Made by a program: the position numbers and the translations under genes
Assembly (NCBI RefSeq): GCF_018977255.1
Contig: NW_024704742.1
Span: 43,030,001 to 43,094,000 of the forward strand
Reading direction: 5' to 3'
Source of the DNA: Callorhinchus milii
Lineage: Eukaryota
DNA length: 64,000 bases
Part shown: in pieces, positions 34,750-47,969 of the stretch
Numbering within the stretch: position 1 is the first letter of the stretch
Layout: each line of letters begins with the position of its first letter
The notes under the pieces: model-generated
Database searches by the model: none
Told to the model about the DNA's origin: nothing
Seen by the model: only the letters and a program-made list of their open reading frames with translations

Positions 34750-35941
34750 TACACCACCTGCTCCCATGACTCCATCCCCACACCTCTCCTTACTTCCTCC
34801 TTACTTGGGCAAGTTTCCTTACTCACACATGCCTAATAATAATCCCTCCAAAAAACCAAAAACAATAATAAATTGGTCATTTTCAATCTACGACTGTTTG
34901 TGGGACACTACTGTGCACAATTGGCTGCTGCGTTCGCCCACAAAAATATACAGTCAATTCAATTTACAGTGTGTTCTGTGAAGCGCTTTGGGACGTCCTC
35001 CCGACGTGAAAAGCGCTATATCAAATGCAAAGATTATTATTATTATTAATCTCTCCCTATCATCTGGCACCGTTCTCATCCCCCTAAAAACAGCTGTAAC
35101 TGCCCCCATCCTGAAAAAACCTTACCTGGACCCATCCCTGCTTTCTAACTACCAGCCCATCTCCAACCTCCCTTTTCTTTCCGAGGTCTTTGAAAGAATC
35201 GTTGCTTCCTAGCTTCACTCCTCTCTCCTACCATTCCCTTCATGAGCCCCTCCAATCTGGTTTCCATGCTGCTCACAGCACGGAAACTGTTCTGGTCAAG
35301 GTCACAAACAACATCCTGTCCACCTATGACCAGAGTTTCCTCTGCCTACTCTTCCTCCTCAACCTCTCTGTTGCCTTCGATATCATGGACCACTCCATCC
35401 TCTCACACCGTCTCCAATTTGTCTCCACCTGCTGTCCTTGGTCTCCTCCTCTTCAACCTCTACATGCTCCCCTTTGGTGATATCATCTCCAGACATGGGG
35501 TCAACTTCCACATATACACAGATGACACCTAACTCTATCTCTCTGTCTCCACTCTCGATTCCAGAACAACTGATGTCTTGACAGACTGTCTGTCAGACAT
35601 CAAGTCCTGGATGAGAGCCAAGTTTCTACAGCTGAATGTCAACAAGACCGAGGCCCTCCTGATTGGCTCGCGTGAGTGCCTCCACGCCTCAGGCACTGGT
35701 AGCATCAGCATCCACGGATGTACACATCACCTCACCAAGCCAGTCAGGAACCTGGGCATCTTTTTTGACCCTCAACTGTCCTTTCTCCCCCATATCATAC
35801 CGCTCTGCCTTCTCCCACCTCCGCAACATTGCACCACTCTGCCCCCCCATGCTCAGGTCCTGATTCCTGACTGTTCAGCGCCTTGGAACGTACTCCCGAC
35901 GTGAAAGATGCTTTACAAATGTAATTTTGTTGTTATTGTTA
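34750..35941 (+). mobile_element. Internally deleted L2 (RT region and tail) with a 5'-truncated SINE at 34805-35048
   Basis: [48 protein letters not shown] and HIYTDDT. Confidence 0.92.
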
Positions 35942-36102
35942 TAATTCCCTGTACTAGTAATAGGAAACAATTGTAACAGGAAATATATTAAATCAGGAAA
36001 CGTAAATCATTCTCAAGTCTATAAATTTGCTATTCACCTAAACATAGTGACGCCAGACAGAGAAGATTCCAATTAATCTGACTGCAAAAACTGGCACATC
36101 AT

Positions 36103-36319
36103 GGGTATGAAATTCCATTGAATCTTAGCCTGCATTTTGTCTTAAAATGTATGGTTGCACAGAATTTTGGAAAATTCTTAAAATTGGCCTTAATTTGGAA
36201 CCTGGTTTTCCATGGTTCATAGAAAGAACCGTTTTAAGACTGAACTGAAGAATTCCCCTCATTCTTACATTTTAAGACAAAGCAGTTTTTTAAGGATAAG
36301 ACCAGCTGAAATTTTGCCC
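36103..36319. mobile_element. MITE-like element related to 5458-5668
   Basis: Inner perfect IR TTTGTCTTAAAATGTA / TACATTTTAAGACAAA; ends GGGTATGAAATT / AATTTTGCCC. Confidence 0.7.
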
Positions 36320-36481
36320 ACGTTTACGTATGTTACATACAAAGCTTGGTAAATAGATTTTCCATTTTCCCTAATACCCTCAAAGGGAAGAATGAATTTT
36401 CATTAGGTTTTGCACATTCTGACTATTCTGTAAATGGCTGTTATATTATATTCTAAATCCTTTTTCCATTTCCAGATTTTC

Positions 36482-37640
36482 TTTTGATCAGCTGGGTGTC
36501 TGAGACATGTGGAAAGCCGTCACCCTGCTTAAGAGTATCCAAACCAAACTGAGAATTTCATACATCCCACCTGCACATGGAAATCCCAGAGATGTTTACT
36601 GGAATACACACTCTCTCCCTGGAAGGATGCATTCTGCTTACCTAATTCCAGAGAGGATTGGGTACAGGTTGGCAAGAGCCAAGGTTTGGGCACCCCAGAG
36701 TGTACGTTGGGGTACTGCTGGAGTTCAACCAGCTAAAATGGCATAGCTTGACATTGAAAGCACGGTCCAGCAAGCTTTCCCACTGCTTGTCCAGCTGGAA
36801 CCTTACTGCTCATTGAGGCTTTGGTTTGCAGGGTTAGCAGGAGCTGAATGGGAAGAATTCTTGCCCCAGTGACTGGTCTGCTCTTCCAAGTTCTGTCGAT
36901 AAGCCAGGTTACCTGGGCTATCATCGATCGTGCCCTGGAGTATTGTGGACCTGCCTGGTTCAGGAACTGTTCTCTCAAGACCACCGCAGAGGTTTGCTTC
37001 GATTCTGACATTCTGTTGCCAAACATGTCACGTTGGAGCCAGTTCAGCTCCAAGGAGACCTCGATTACTTCCTCTCCAAGGAGGATAGTCACTAGTTGGT
37101 CATTTGACATCTGACAAATGTCGATTTGAGTCTTTACTAGGTGGGTGGCAGGTACCAGGAACTCCCTGTGAACTTCCTGCTTCCAGCTTTGCATGAAATG
37201 CGTGAGAACATTGTCATTATCTTCCTGTTCACAGCTCGGACACACATCCCTTCCCACTGAGCAATGATTCCACCAGTTGGAGATGCAGAGCTTGAGGAAA
37301 CGAATCAAGGAGGATTTCCAAACCCTGGATATAGTAACGTGTGTTCACAAACTCAGTCTCCAGATAACACCTTCCAGCAGCTGTTGCTCGAAGCCTCAGA
37401 GTTTCCTCATCAGCTATCCAACGGACATCTGCCTTCAGTGTGGTGGGAGGACCTTTACAGGATAGATTGTGTGGTGCCCGCCACCTTGATGTTTTCAAGG
37501 TCCAAGTTCAATGCTGCGTACCAGCCTTGTTCATCACCAGCTGCTTCATTTAGGTCCAGCCGTGAGGAACTTTGGCAAATAGACCAAATTTGGCAGCTGT
37601 AAAACTGACTCCATCCAGGGTTTTTAGCAGCAGGTCAGTG
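36482..37640 (-). mobile_element. Longest 3' fragment of the unclassified non-LTR family (CCHC zinc-knuckle C-terminus and 3' UTR), copy 3
   Basis: ORF 36733-37308 contains CPSCEQEDNDNVLTHFMQS, and copy 1 supplies the last Cys (LTHFMLGC). Confidence 0.8.
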
Positions 37641-37992
37641 TACACTGGAGCCCTCTCTCCCTGTAGCCACTCCAAGATGCTACCCCCTGTGAAGGACACT
37701 ATTTAAATGCAGATTGTAGGTGTTGTTGTTGTTGCAGCTGCTTCCCATGTTTGCCACCTCACTGTTTGATCCTGGACTTTGCAAGTGAGCCAGAGGAAGT
37801 CCCCTCCTCTGTGTCACCAGGAGCTCTGAACCATAAAGGAAACTGTTTGCACATAGGTCTTATGTGTGACAAGCTTGACCTGGATTGAGACTTTGCTGTT
37901 CTTGAAGAGAGAAGAGTATGACTCGAACGCCCTTCGTCCCTTTCTCTGCACAGACCTTCAGGACAATGTCCACACAAAAATGGTGTTAATGG

Positions 37993-38148
37993 TAATAATA
38001 ATAATTCTTGCATTTGATATAGTGCCTTATCATGTCTTTGAGACGTCGCAAACCTATTCACAAAATATACTGTAAAGTGAATTGATTGTATATTTGTGAA
38101 TGAATCGCAGCAGCCAATTGAGCACAGCAATGCCCCACAAGCAGTCTA
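37993..38148 (-). mobile_element. SINE 3' fragment
   Basis: Tail and Deu-like segment only. Confidence 0.85.
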
Positions 38149-38569
38149 AAGTTGTTCATCACAACTTTCACGCACCAATAACAATCAATAATTGGTAATG
38201 ATTCCCCCGTGTATCTTTCAATACCCTGGATGTCTTTTCTTGAGCTGTGCAGAACCACAATTCTGACTTGGAGACATCCACCACCATTCCCCTGGGTGGC
38301 CCAATAGTCAAGATGCTGAGTGCAGCACAAAAGGTCCCAAGGTGAGTCCGCCAGCAGCACTTCTATTTCTAGATGTAAGACAATATAAATAACCTGGGAT
38401 ACAACCTTAGGGTATGAGGGTATTATAGGCTATTACTATATGAATAGCCATGTGTTTAGTTGCAATTTGTAATACTTTTACAATAAATCATATTATAAAA
38501 AGCACAGCACATAAATGCAATAGTATTGTCAAAATGTGAAAAAAAACTACAAAGGAATATTTGATCATC

Positions 38570-39150
38570 ATCATAGAACCGTAGAAATTTATAGCACAGA
38601 AGAATATAATATAATAGAAATTTTATTATTATATAGCACAGAAGAAGGCTATTCGGTGCATCGTATCTATACTGGCTCTTTCATAGAGCAATCAATTCAG
38701 TCCCATTTACCTCCCTTTTCCTCATTCTTCAGCAAATTACTCCTTTTAAAGATATCTATCTTGTTCCTCTTGAAAGCTAATATGGATTTTGCCTCGACTA
38801 CCACACGTGGCAAAGCATTCCACATCGTAATAAATCCCTGTAAAAAAAATTCCTCCTAATTTCCACCTTTGCTCCATTGGCAATTATCTTAAATTGATGC
38901 CTTCTAGTCATTGACTAAGTGTTCATTACATTATGAACATAGAAACAGGCAGAGGCCACTCAATCTGACAAATTTATTAGATCATGACAAATCTTTTAAT
39001 CCCATTTGTCTGTTCTTTCACCATTCTCCTTTATACTCTTGCTTCCCAAGTATCTATCCATCTCCCTTTTAAATACCATAATGTCTACGGCTCTATGATT
39101 CTGTGTATAGCTTTACAGGGCAGTTCATTCCATATTTTCACCACTACATT
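38570..39150 (-). mobile_element. CR1-type 3' fragments
   Basis: CATAGAA..TAGAAATTTATAGCACAGAAGAAGGCTATTCGG and GAACATAGAAACAGGCAGAGGCCACTCA starts. Confidence 0.7.
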
Positions 39151-39514
39151 TTCACAGTCTTCTGTGGTAAATTGTTTCAAACCCTAAAACATTTCACCTT
39201 TTTAAATGAACAAAAGAGCATCTTGACCTGTGAAGTATATTTTGCAATGTGTAAATTGCAATGTATATTTTGCAATGTGTAAATTGTATTGTGTATCATG
39301 TGCAAAACACACGAGTACATAGGGAATTACAGGTACCCTTACAGGTGCCCATTATGTAATTATTAATCAATGAAAATATTTATAATTGTACTGCCTGGAC
39401 CTAATTTGTAAGTGTGAATCAATGTGCTGCTGAAACAATCACCTGATATGCTCTCAGCAGCCTTACTCTACTGTGAGTCATTTTTCGATTATGCCACTCA
39501 TCCCGGAATAATTT

Positions 39515-40045
39515 AACAACAACTAACATTTATATAGCACCCTTCATATAGGATAAAGTCTTGGGGTATTTCACAGGTTCAAAGTCAGATGTTGAACATG
39601 GGTTAAGGGGAAGGGAGAGGTGGTGACAGGTGAGGTCAAAGAGGTAGGTTATTCAGTGAGATTTAAGAGAGGAGAGGGGACTAGATGGAAGTGTTGAAAA
39701 CAGGAGTGCTGACGGTTTGGCCATCGATGGTGGGATGGAAATTTGGGGGATGTGCACCAGACCTGAGTTTGCCAACACAGGGAGTGAAAGGAAGAATGGG
39801 CAGGATCACAGTGGTAGGGAAACGCTAGGGCATGAGTGGGTTTATAATTGAGGTTGAGGAGACCTTGAGATTCATCAGATGGGAGACAAGAAGCCAGCAG
39901 AGCCTGGGAAGGACTGGGTCCTGCTTACCGTTAGATAAACAGAGGGGTGTGGAGTAAGTAAACTGGCCCAACATTTCACCTTGCCAGGAATCAAACCCAG
40001 GTCCTCTTGCATGTGAGGCGAGTGCTCTAACCACTAAGCTACACG
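39515..40045 (-). mobile_element. L2 3' fragment joined to a SINE 5' head (about 39913-40045)
   Basis: (AAC)n tail at 39515; GGAATCAAACCCAGG...GCTCTAACCACTAAGCTAC. Confidence 0.75.
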
Positions 40046-40049
40046 ATTT

Positions 40050-40455
40050 TTAAGGATGATACCAGGGATGTGGGGTTTAGGTATGAAGGAAGACTCTGAA
40101 ATAATTCTGAAATGTAATGAAAGGATAGATGAGTTAAAGATTATTCCACCTGCTCAGTAAATTTGGTAACAAGGGACCATCACCTCAGGACAATGTTGTT
40201 ACTGGAAGAATTTAAGGAAATTAGAAGAAACTTTTTTTGCACTGAGGGTTGGAATGCAGAATGTTTTGGCACAATTACCTATTGAGGGTGAGACTTTAAC
40301 AACCTTTCAAAAGTGAGTTGGATGAATATTTTACAGGGAATAATATAAGAGAGTCCTGGGGAAGAACATGGCATTTGGAGTAGAGTTATTACTTCTAGGG
40401 AATGAACTGAACCAGCTTAGCTTCATTGAGCTTCCTATGCTATAACTTCTATGAT
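40050..40455 (+). mobile_element. Degraded CR1 3' end
   Basis: GATGATACCAGGGATG..GGTTTAGGTATGAAGGAAGACT, AAGGGACCAT, GAGTTGGATGAATATTT and tail TTCCTATG..TTCTATG. Confidence 0.7.
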
Positions 40456-42789
40456 CAGATGATTCTATAAGTAAAGTAAGGATTCAACCAACAATCATAC
40501 CATTCTGTGGCACTGAATGCTATTTCAGTAATGTGCAGTACCACTGTGCTAGTGTTACTAATTATTTTTGGTAGACTGCTAATTACTAAATGCTATGTGG
40601 AATCCTATTTTATTTTAAAAAGTCATAAATTACCACTGAGACCAATTTTTAACCTTTGCTCCTTGTGTTCGGTTGAATAAATAGAGTCCAAAATTAAGTC
40701 AGGAATATCTTATTTGAAATATAGAAAAAAGAATGAAAACAATAACAGGCCTTAGATTTCTGAATCCAAAAAATATGTACAGCATTTGCAATTCTGAAGT
40801 ACAGAACCCACAATACTTCTTATTAGTTCTTATTACAAACCTGTTGTTAAACATAGCAACAGGTAATATAAATATAATCTTGAACATACTGCACTTCAGT
40901 TTAAATTGGGACATATTTTATAATACAAGTAAAACTAATGTCACTCTAATATATTCATCAGGCAGCTTGGGTTTATAGTACTTATGATTTGGTCATTTCT
41001 GTAACCAATACTTGGGCATAATTAAGATGTGGTTAGTAATGACAATTTATATTTTTCTTAATTAGCACCCTAATGGCCTAAGGTTATACTTACATAAACA
41101 TATTCAAGCAAATGCATTCCATTTATTGTCCATCAGAATTATATGTGTTTTATGGAGCCAGACTGCAAGAAGAATTCCTGTCTTTTAACAAAATGGAAGC
41201 AATTTACCAGAAATATATAATTTATTCGATGAGAAATATCCGTTCATTAGATAGAAAATCGTTCATTCTAACTTCTAGTGAAGCTGACTGTGAATGATGT
41301 AATTTGTTTGCTTAGATCTAAATTTGGGGAAGAACTGATGTTATTACTTTGCATTAAATGCATGAATGCATTTTGTGCACATTTCCTAAACTGAATTGTT
41401 TGGCTTTCTTCATCACATTTATATACATATATATAATAGGTAGATATTAAGATTACTAATGACTGTAGGCATTTATTTACCCAAGTCTCATCTATCTCAC
41501 CTGAAGAATGGTATACATTAGGTGGTGAGAATTGTGAGATAAGATTGCATCACCTCAAATGTCACTTGTGGAAGTCTAAAACTCTAAAGCTTCAAGGAAT
41601 TTTAACCCGTGCAATTTTAAAAACAAATCCAAGTGAGGGCTCCTTCCATTAATTCGTCACAACAACCTCTGCTGTCAATCTCGATCAATAAAATGTCAAT
41701 TTCTGAAAGTAGATTGTGTTGGAGGCAGTTATGGGGAAATCAAAGATTTACACACAACCATATGGCATTGAAAAAGGCCATTCAGCCCAACTTGTCCATG
41801 ACAAGTGTGTATTCTCCACAAGAGCCCCACCCTATCTATTCCCCCCTCCTATATTGGTACATTCCATACTCCCTAATGTTTGCATCAAGTTTTCTCTTAA
41901 ATGCAATTATCCTTTTAGCTTCAACCATTGTATCTGGTAGTGAGCTCCACATTCTCACCAAGCTCTGTGCGCAAACAAGAAATTTCCATTGATATAGTGC
42001 CTTTCACATCAGGAGTTCTTCCTAAAATCCCTAGTGATCTACTACTGGCTAAGATATATTTTCATATTTCTTAACTAAGGAATCATGTTAAAATCATCAT
42101 GTTTTAAACTCCATTAGATGTATTCATACATATACAACCATTGCTAATTCAGAGCCTATAAACCAGAATTTGCTTATCAAAGGGTTAAGAAATGAGACCT
42201 CTATGAAACTTTCAATAGTTATAGGAATAGACTAACTATGTGTTCAATGTCTGAGAAAATAATTTCTGGTATAAGATCAATGATTATTTCTAACTGGAAT
42301 ATCATATTTTAACTGTAGAAGTCTTCAACCTTTGATCCCAATTTGTGAATCTGAACAAGATCACCCTCTGCTGGCTGCTAAATTAACTGATCATTTAAAT
42401 GTGCAGTTTATATAATTTGTGTTCCAGTTATATTGCAGGAACCAATTCAATTTGTTATGAATTACTATCTGCTCCAAATTGCATTTGGTCACTGCTGAGT
42501 CTAACTAAAGCAGAATTGTGCATAAGTGAGCGTATGCTCTGAACCCTGGTGATTGGTGCCATGTGTCTGATAAACTTGCTGTGAGAGAGTAAAGAACTTT
42601 ATCTGACCTTCCCACGGGGCTTTCTCCCCATGGTAAGGACTTGAAACCATGGGCCTATAAAGCTTGATCATTAACTCTGGTGAACCTTTTATTACATGCT
42701 TATAAATGGAAACTCTCTTATAAGTACATCATAAAAAGTTTGATTTGTTAGCTATCAGCATTTATATCCTAGGCTACTTTGAGTTGTAG

Positions 42790-43085
42790 GCTACCACCAG
42801 TATAATATTGGGGGAGAGCTGCATTGTCATAGGTGCTGTACTTTTGATGAGATGTTCAACTGAGTTTGGCCGGCCTGTTCAGGTGGAACTCATGATACTA
42901 TTTGAAAAAAGACCAAAGTTTCTCCTGAAATCTGCCAGTTAAATTAATCATTTATTTTGTATCTGCTTGTGGGATGTTACTGTTCCCAAATTGCCTTCCG
43001 TGTTCATCCACAAATACACAATCATGTGACTTAACTGCAATTAAATTGTAAAATGGTTTCAGGCATTCCAGTATAAGGCATAAAA
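42790..43085 (+). mobile_element. Old Deu-SINE
   Basis: GCCTGTTCAGGTGGA, CTGCTTGTGGGATGTTACTGT..AAATTG. Confidence 0.65.
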
Positions 43086-45789
43086 TGTCAAGACAAATAT
43101 TATTAATAGCTATTTTGCTGAGCTGGAAAGTATCATTCTTTTCAGACAGAATTGGAAAGTAACATTCATCCAGATTAACATGCCAACAACAGCGAGTGGG
43201 GCTTTTTAAGATTACTTCTTTATCTTGAAGCCTCACAAATATAGCAATCGGAATATATAAGCAATTTGTTTGATGGACACCATGCAAAGAGATAGGGTGG
43301 ACTATGTCAATTTTAATTGACTTGAGTAATCTCTCAATCCCAAGTAGTACTGTTTGAGTCACCTAGTGAAAAGCATACTCATTTATGCTTTCTGTTGCTT
43401 CAAGGAATTTTAACCTGTGCAGTTCCTGATTCAGTACTACAGAGTTTCTAAGATCTTCTGTGATGTGTGGTCACGTGCTGACTAATAGGAAACGTTCAAT
43501 GCTACAAGTTATACTTCAACTTTTAGTTATTTATATGTTTAAATAAATGTTTATAATTTGAAAGAAATGCATTATTAGAGTTAGGAGTTTCTGCAATTTT
43601 GTTGATGTAATGATTTATAAGAGAGGAAGTGACCCAACTCCCACCATCATCTCAAATCTTTACAGTGACCTGGTTTCTTAATGTTGCTTTAGGGAGACTT
43701 CCTTCCTTCACAGTATTATAATCTGGGAATGCTTACCAGATTTTAAAATTAATTATCCTGGTTAAGTCTTATGGAAATATGTGATCTTATCAGATAGAAT
43801 AACACACCTAAGAATCCACATGGTCTGAATTAGCAGTTTTTTTTCTGATCCAACTTAGTGTCTCACTGCACTGAGAAGGAATGCCATTAATTTGCTTCAA
43901 AAGTTTGGATCTTCAGCCCACTTTATTTCCTGCATTTCAACCAGAATTGAGTGGCAGACAACTGAACTGCTAGAAAATGCAAAATATACATTTTGGGATT
44001 GTCCCACTCTCGCTTCTCCTCCTACATTTTGCCGAGCATCTTGTGTTTCACAGGTGTTGGGGTGAAGGGGGAGGGGAAACAACAATGACTGTTTTAGTTT
44101 GTCCTTTCTTTTACTGAAAACTAACTAGTTTTCCAGGATTGTTTCAAGGCAATTGATGTCCATGTAGACATTAGATGTCCATCCAGTACCCTTCCCCCCC
44201 CACCAGGTTCTATGAGACATATCACCTCCATCCTTGCTTGGCTCCATTCTCTCCACCTCATTTCCGCAGTGGATCGAATCTAAGATCCTGGTCCTCATTT
44301 AAAATGCTTTCATGGCCTCTCCACACTCTCCCACTGCAACTCCACTGCTGTGGCCACTCCCTCCGTTCAACCTGCTCCAAGTCCCTTGCCTGATCTGTCC
44401 CACCATCAGCCAGTGAATTTTCAGCTCTTCCAGCCCCATTCTCAGGTCCCTCCAACTTGCACCCAACCTCCTAGTCTTAATACCTTTTTGAATGCACTTT
44501 TGGCCACCTTCTCGCCCCATCATCTTCCCCCGCCATGCCTGAATTCCCAATGAGCTGTATGAAGTGCTTTGAGATGTCCTCCTGATGTAAATGGTGGCAT
44601 TGAATTCTAAATTGTAATTGCATTGAATGTAGTTCAATCCTTCTGCAGCACGCTCCTAGTCCCATTCATCTAATCCGTGGAGAAGAATGTCATGATATGG
44701 TAAAGAGTTAGATAAAATTACATAGAATCTACAGCACAAAAACCAGGCCATTTAGTCCAACTAGTCCATGCCAATGTTTATTTATATTTCACATGAACCT
44801 CTTTCCAATCTTGATTACTCCTACCTAGCCTTTACCTCTCCATTCCTCAAATGCAAGGATTATTATATTATTACTCCCTTTGCCCTCATTTATGTGAATT
44901 TCCTCTTAAATTCATTGATGCTTTCACCATAACTACTATCAGTGAGTTCCATATTCACCACACACTGTGTAAAGTAATTACTCCTAAACTCTCCTTTAGA
45001 TCCATCAACCATTTGCAACAACAACAAATTACCTTTCTTGTCAGGAGGATGTCCCAAGGCGCTGGGATCAGTGGCTATCCAACTTCTCATTGCTTGACTT
45101 AAAATTGGGAGGCAATAGAAGTCCCAACTTGTTTTATTTTGTTACTTAAATTAGTTTCTTTCAGATCCCTGCTTTTCTTTCTCGATGAATGAAATGTCCT
45201 TCCATTTAGTGGGACTAATGATCCCTTTAATATCAATTGAGATTGCAATTAATTGTTGTCACATGCAGTGAGCAAGCCTTCAGATGATATTAACATGCAA
45301 TAATTGTAGATCAAAACACACAAATATAACAGTTGAATGAGAGTTACATTCCTTAGATTGAAGCATCAAACATCTCAATGTAGGATAGCAATATAACAAT
45401 CCTTGTATTTAATACAGCCCTTTATAACATCTTTGAGATGTCTTAAAGCGCTTCAGAGAATAACTAAACAGTAAATTGGCTGTATATTTGTGGGAGAAAC
45501 TATATAAAGTATATATAGCAAATATCAGCAACAAAAGTAAAATTAAATCAACATAATCTTAATTTCCCAATGTCTCTCACCTGAGTTCGTTCATTCCTAG
45601 AGGAACATTGCTTATCATCTTCCCCCTTACACAAAATAGAGGCAAGGAGGAAAATGCTCTTCAGTCCATTGATCTTTTACTTACCAAAGTACCTACCCTT
45701 TAGTCTTCCAAATCCAATGGTTTCTTAAAGAACTCAAGTAATGCTGCCATTGGCTGTTCAACAGCAGCTACTCTGACTGCTCTATCCCC

Positions 45790-47411
45790 CATTTTTGCCT
45801 CAAAGCCCTTCAGTCCCTGACCACTGGGGCAAACTTCTCCTCCCTCATCCACCCTCCCTGTCAGTCCTCCCTCACCTCACCCCCCCCCCTCATATTCCAC
45901 CACCAACTGTCCCCTCGGCAATGGCCTACAAACTGTCCGCTCCCTCTCCAATAAAATACTCACCATCCAAGACCTCATTGTCGACGAAAACATCAACATT
46001 CTTGCCCTCACTGAAACCTGGATCACTCCAGGAGACACCTTCCCCCTGACAGAGGCTACACCACCCAGCTATACCTTCCATCATACCCCACAACCTAACC
46101 ACCGTGGTGGAAGGGTGGTTCTCCTGGTCTCCACTTGGCCTATTCCCTTACTCCTTTAGAACCTTCCTCTCCTTTGAGCACTTTACGCTTTGTCACCACT
46201 CCAACCTTTCCCTCTTTATCTATCGCCCTCCCCCACCTTCCTTCCTGACATCTCCACACTCCTATCTCCCTCTGCTCCGAACACCTCCTCATCCTAGGCG
46301 ACTTCAACCTTCACTTGACCCCTCCTACTATATACCTCTGCTGACTTCTCCTCCCTCATCTCCTCCCTCAACCTCTCTCTCCATGTCCATTCTGCCACCC
46401 ACATCCGCAATCAATCCCTCGGCCTGGTGATCACCCACAGCGTCACCATCTTGGAACTCACCATCATCAACAAAGTAATCTCAGACCATCACTTCATCTT
46501 CCTTAACCTCTCTCCCTACCACCACCCAACCCACCTCCATCTCCTACCACTCCTGGAAAAAAAAAATCAACCCTCCCTCCCTCTCGGCTACGTTGGAGTC
46601 ATCTGAATTTCTTCCCCCCTGGCCTTCCTCCCACAATGACCTATCCGCCTTGGTCACTCTTCTCCACAGCTCCTTCTCCACCTCTCTCAATTCCCTTGCT
46701 TCCCTCACTTCCTGAACCGTCTCCTACTCATGAAAGTCACCATGGTATACCAGCCACCTCCGCTCCCTTAAAGCACAGGTGCGTGCCGCTGAAAGCACCT
46801 GGCTTAAATCAAACGGAGGGGTCCTTCAGCAGAACTGGCTGGACCTTATCAAATCGTACAGCTCCACCCTTGCCTCTGCTAAATCATTGTTCTAATCCAA
46901 GACAATCTTGGAGGCCAAGGACAACCCCAGAATCCTCTTCGCCATCACCAACCAGCTCTTCTGCCCACCATCTCACATCTCATCCATCCTCACCTCCAAT
47001 GCCAACTGCGAGGCAATGCTGGACTTCCTCAAATCCAAAATCAAGGGCATCCACTCAATTGCCTCTACCTCTGCAACCTCCTAAACCCTACCATCTTGCC
47101 CACTATCGGCTCAGTGGGCTCCCACCTGCTTCACGTCCCCTGCCTCACCCATCCCACCATTGGCAGGCAGGCCTTCTGCCCCCACACTCTGGAACTCCAT
47201 CCCACAGTCCCTCCACCTCACCCCCTCCCTTACCTCCTTCAAGACCCATCTTAAGACCCTCTTCTTCAACCATTCTTTCAATCACCTTGCTTCCGCCCAT
47301 CCTCTAACCTCCCCAAATCCAACCCCTAGCTTTGGTCAGAAACACTGACTGTCCAGAGCCTTGGGACATCCTCCCAATGTGAAAGGCACTCTCCAACTAT
47401 AATTTTGTTGT
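45790..47411 (+). mobile_element. L2 with APE endonuclease region, RT deleted, 3' end present
   Basis: From about 45923: GLQTVRSLSNKILTIQDLIVDENINILALTETWITPGD...RGG; ILGDFN at about 46290; SDH at about 46480; tail at 47360-47411. Confidence 0.9.
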
Positions 47412-47723
47412 TGTAATAAAACCATCTGGAATCCAAGTTCTCATGGCTCTCCATAAGGGGACAGAGGTCACATCCAAGAAACAAAAAAATTACAATAGTT
47501 TTAACACACAGGTTTATTTTAACAAGAAGACTTAACCTCTGTGCATCCACCTTCTCCAGACTTTCCTCTCACATGTCCAAGCCGCTAGCTTTATAGTTGT
47601 GCTCAATTATCCCTCAGGGCTGGCGCCCAATTATCATAAGTCCAGCCCTTGTTTGTTCCCTTTAACATAGGTTGATCAGCAATAACCATAAAAGGCAGTG
47701 ACAGGGTTTATCCTCCTGTCACA
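47412..47723 (-). mobile_element. Candidate solo LTR (about 312 bp)
   Basis: TGT...ACA termini, minus-strand TATAAA (47590-47595) followed by AATAAA (47513-47518), flanks TTGT/CTGT (4-bp TSD with one mismatch). Confidence 0.6.
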
Positions 47724-47969
47724 CTGTCATTTATTGGGCTATTTTCATACAGTTTGATTTAATGATTTTCCATTTATTAAGATCAGACCACTGTGTCTAT
47801 AGTTGACAGGTACAGCTTTTTCACCTCTCTGGGAACATAATATCCACATTTGCTTGTTTCCAGTCTATCGGTTGGAATTCCAATGAACAAATGTTAAAAG
47901 AATTAATGTCATTTAGTTTTTGCTTTGTTAGAATTTACACTTTTTGTATAATGTTAGAATCATAATAGA

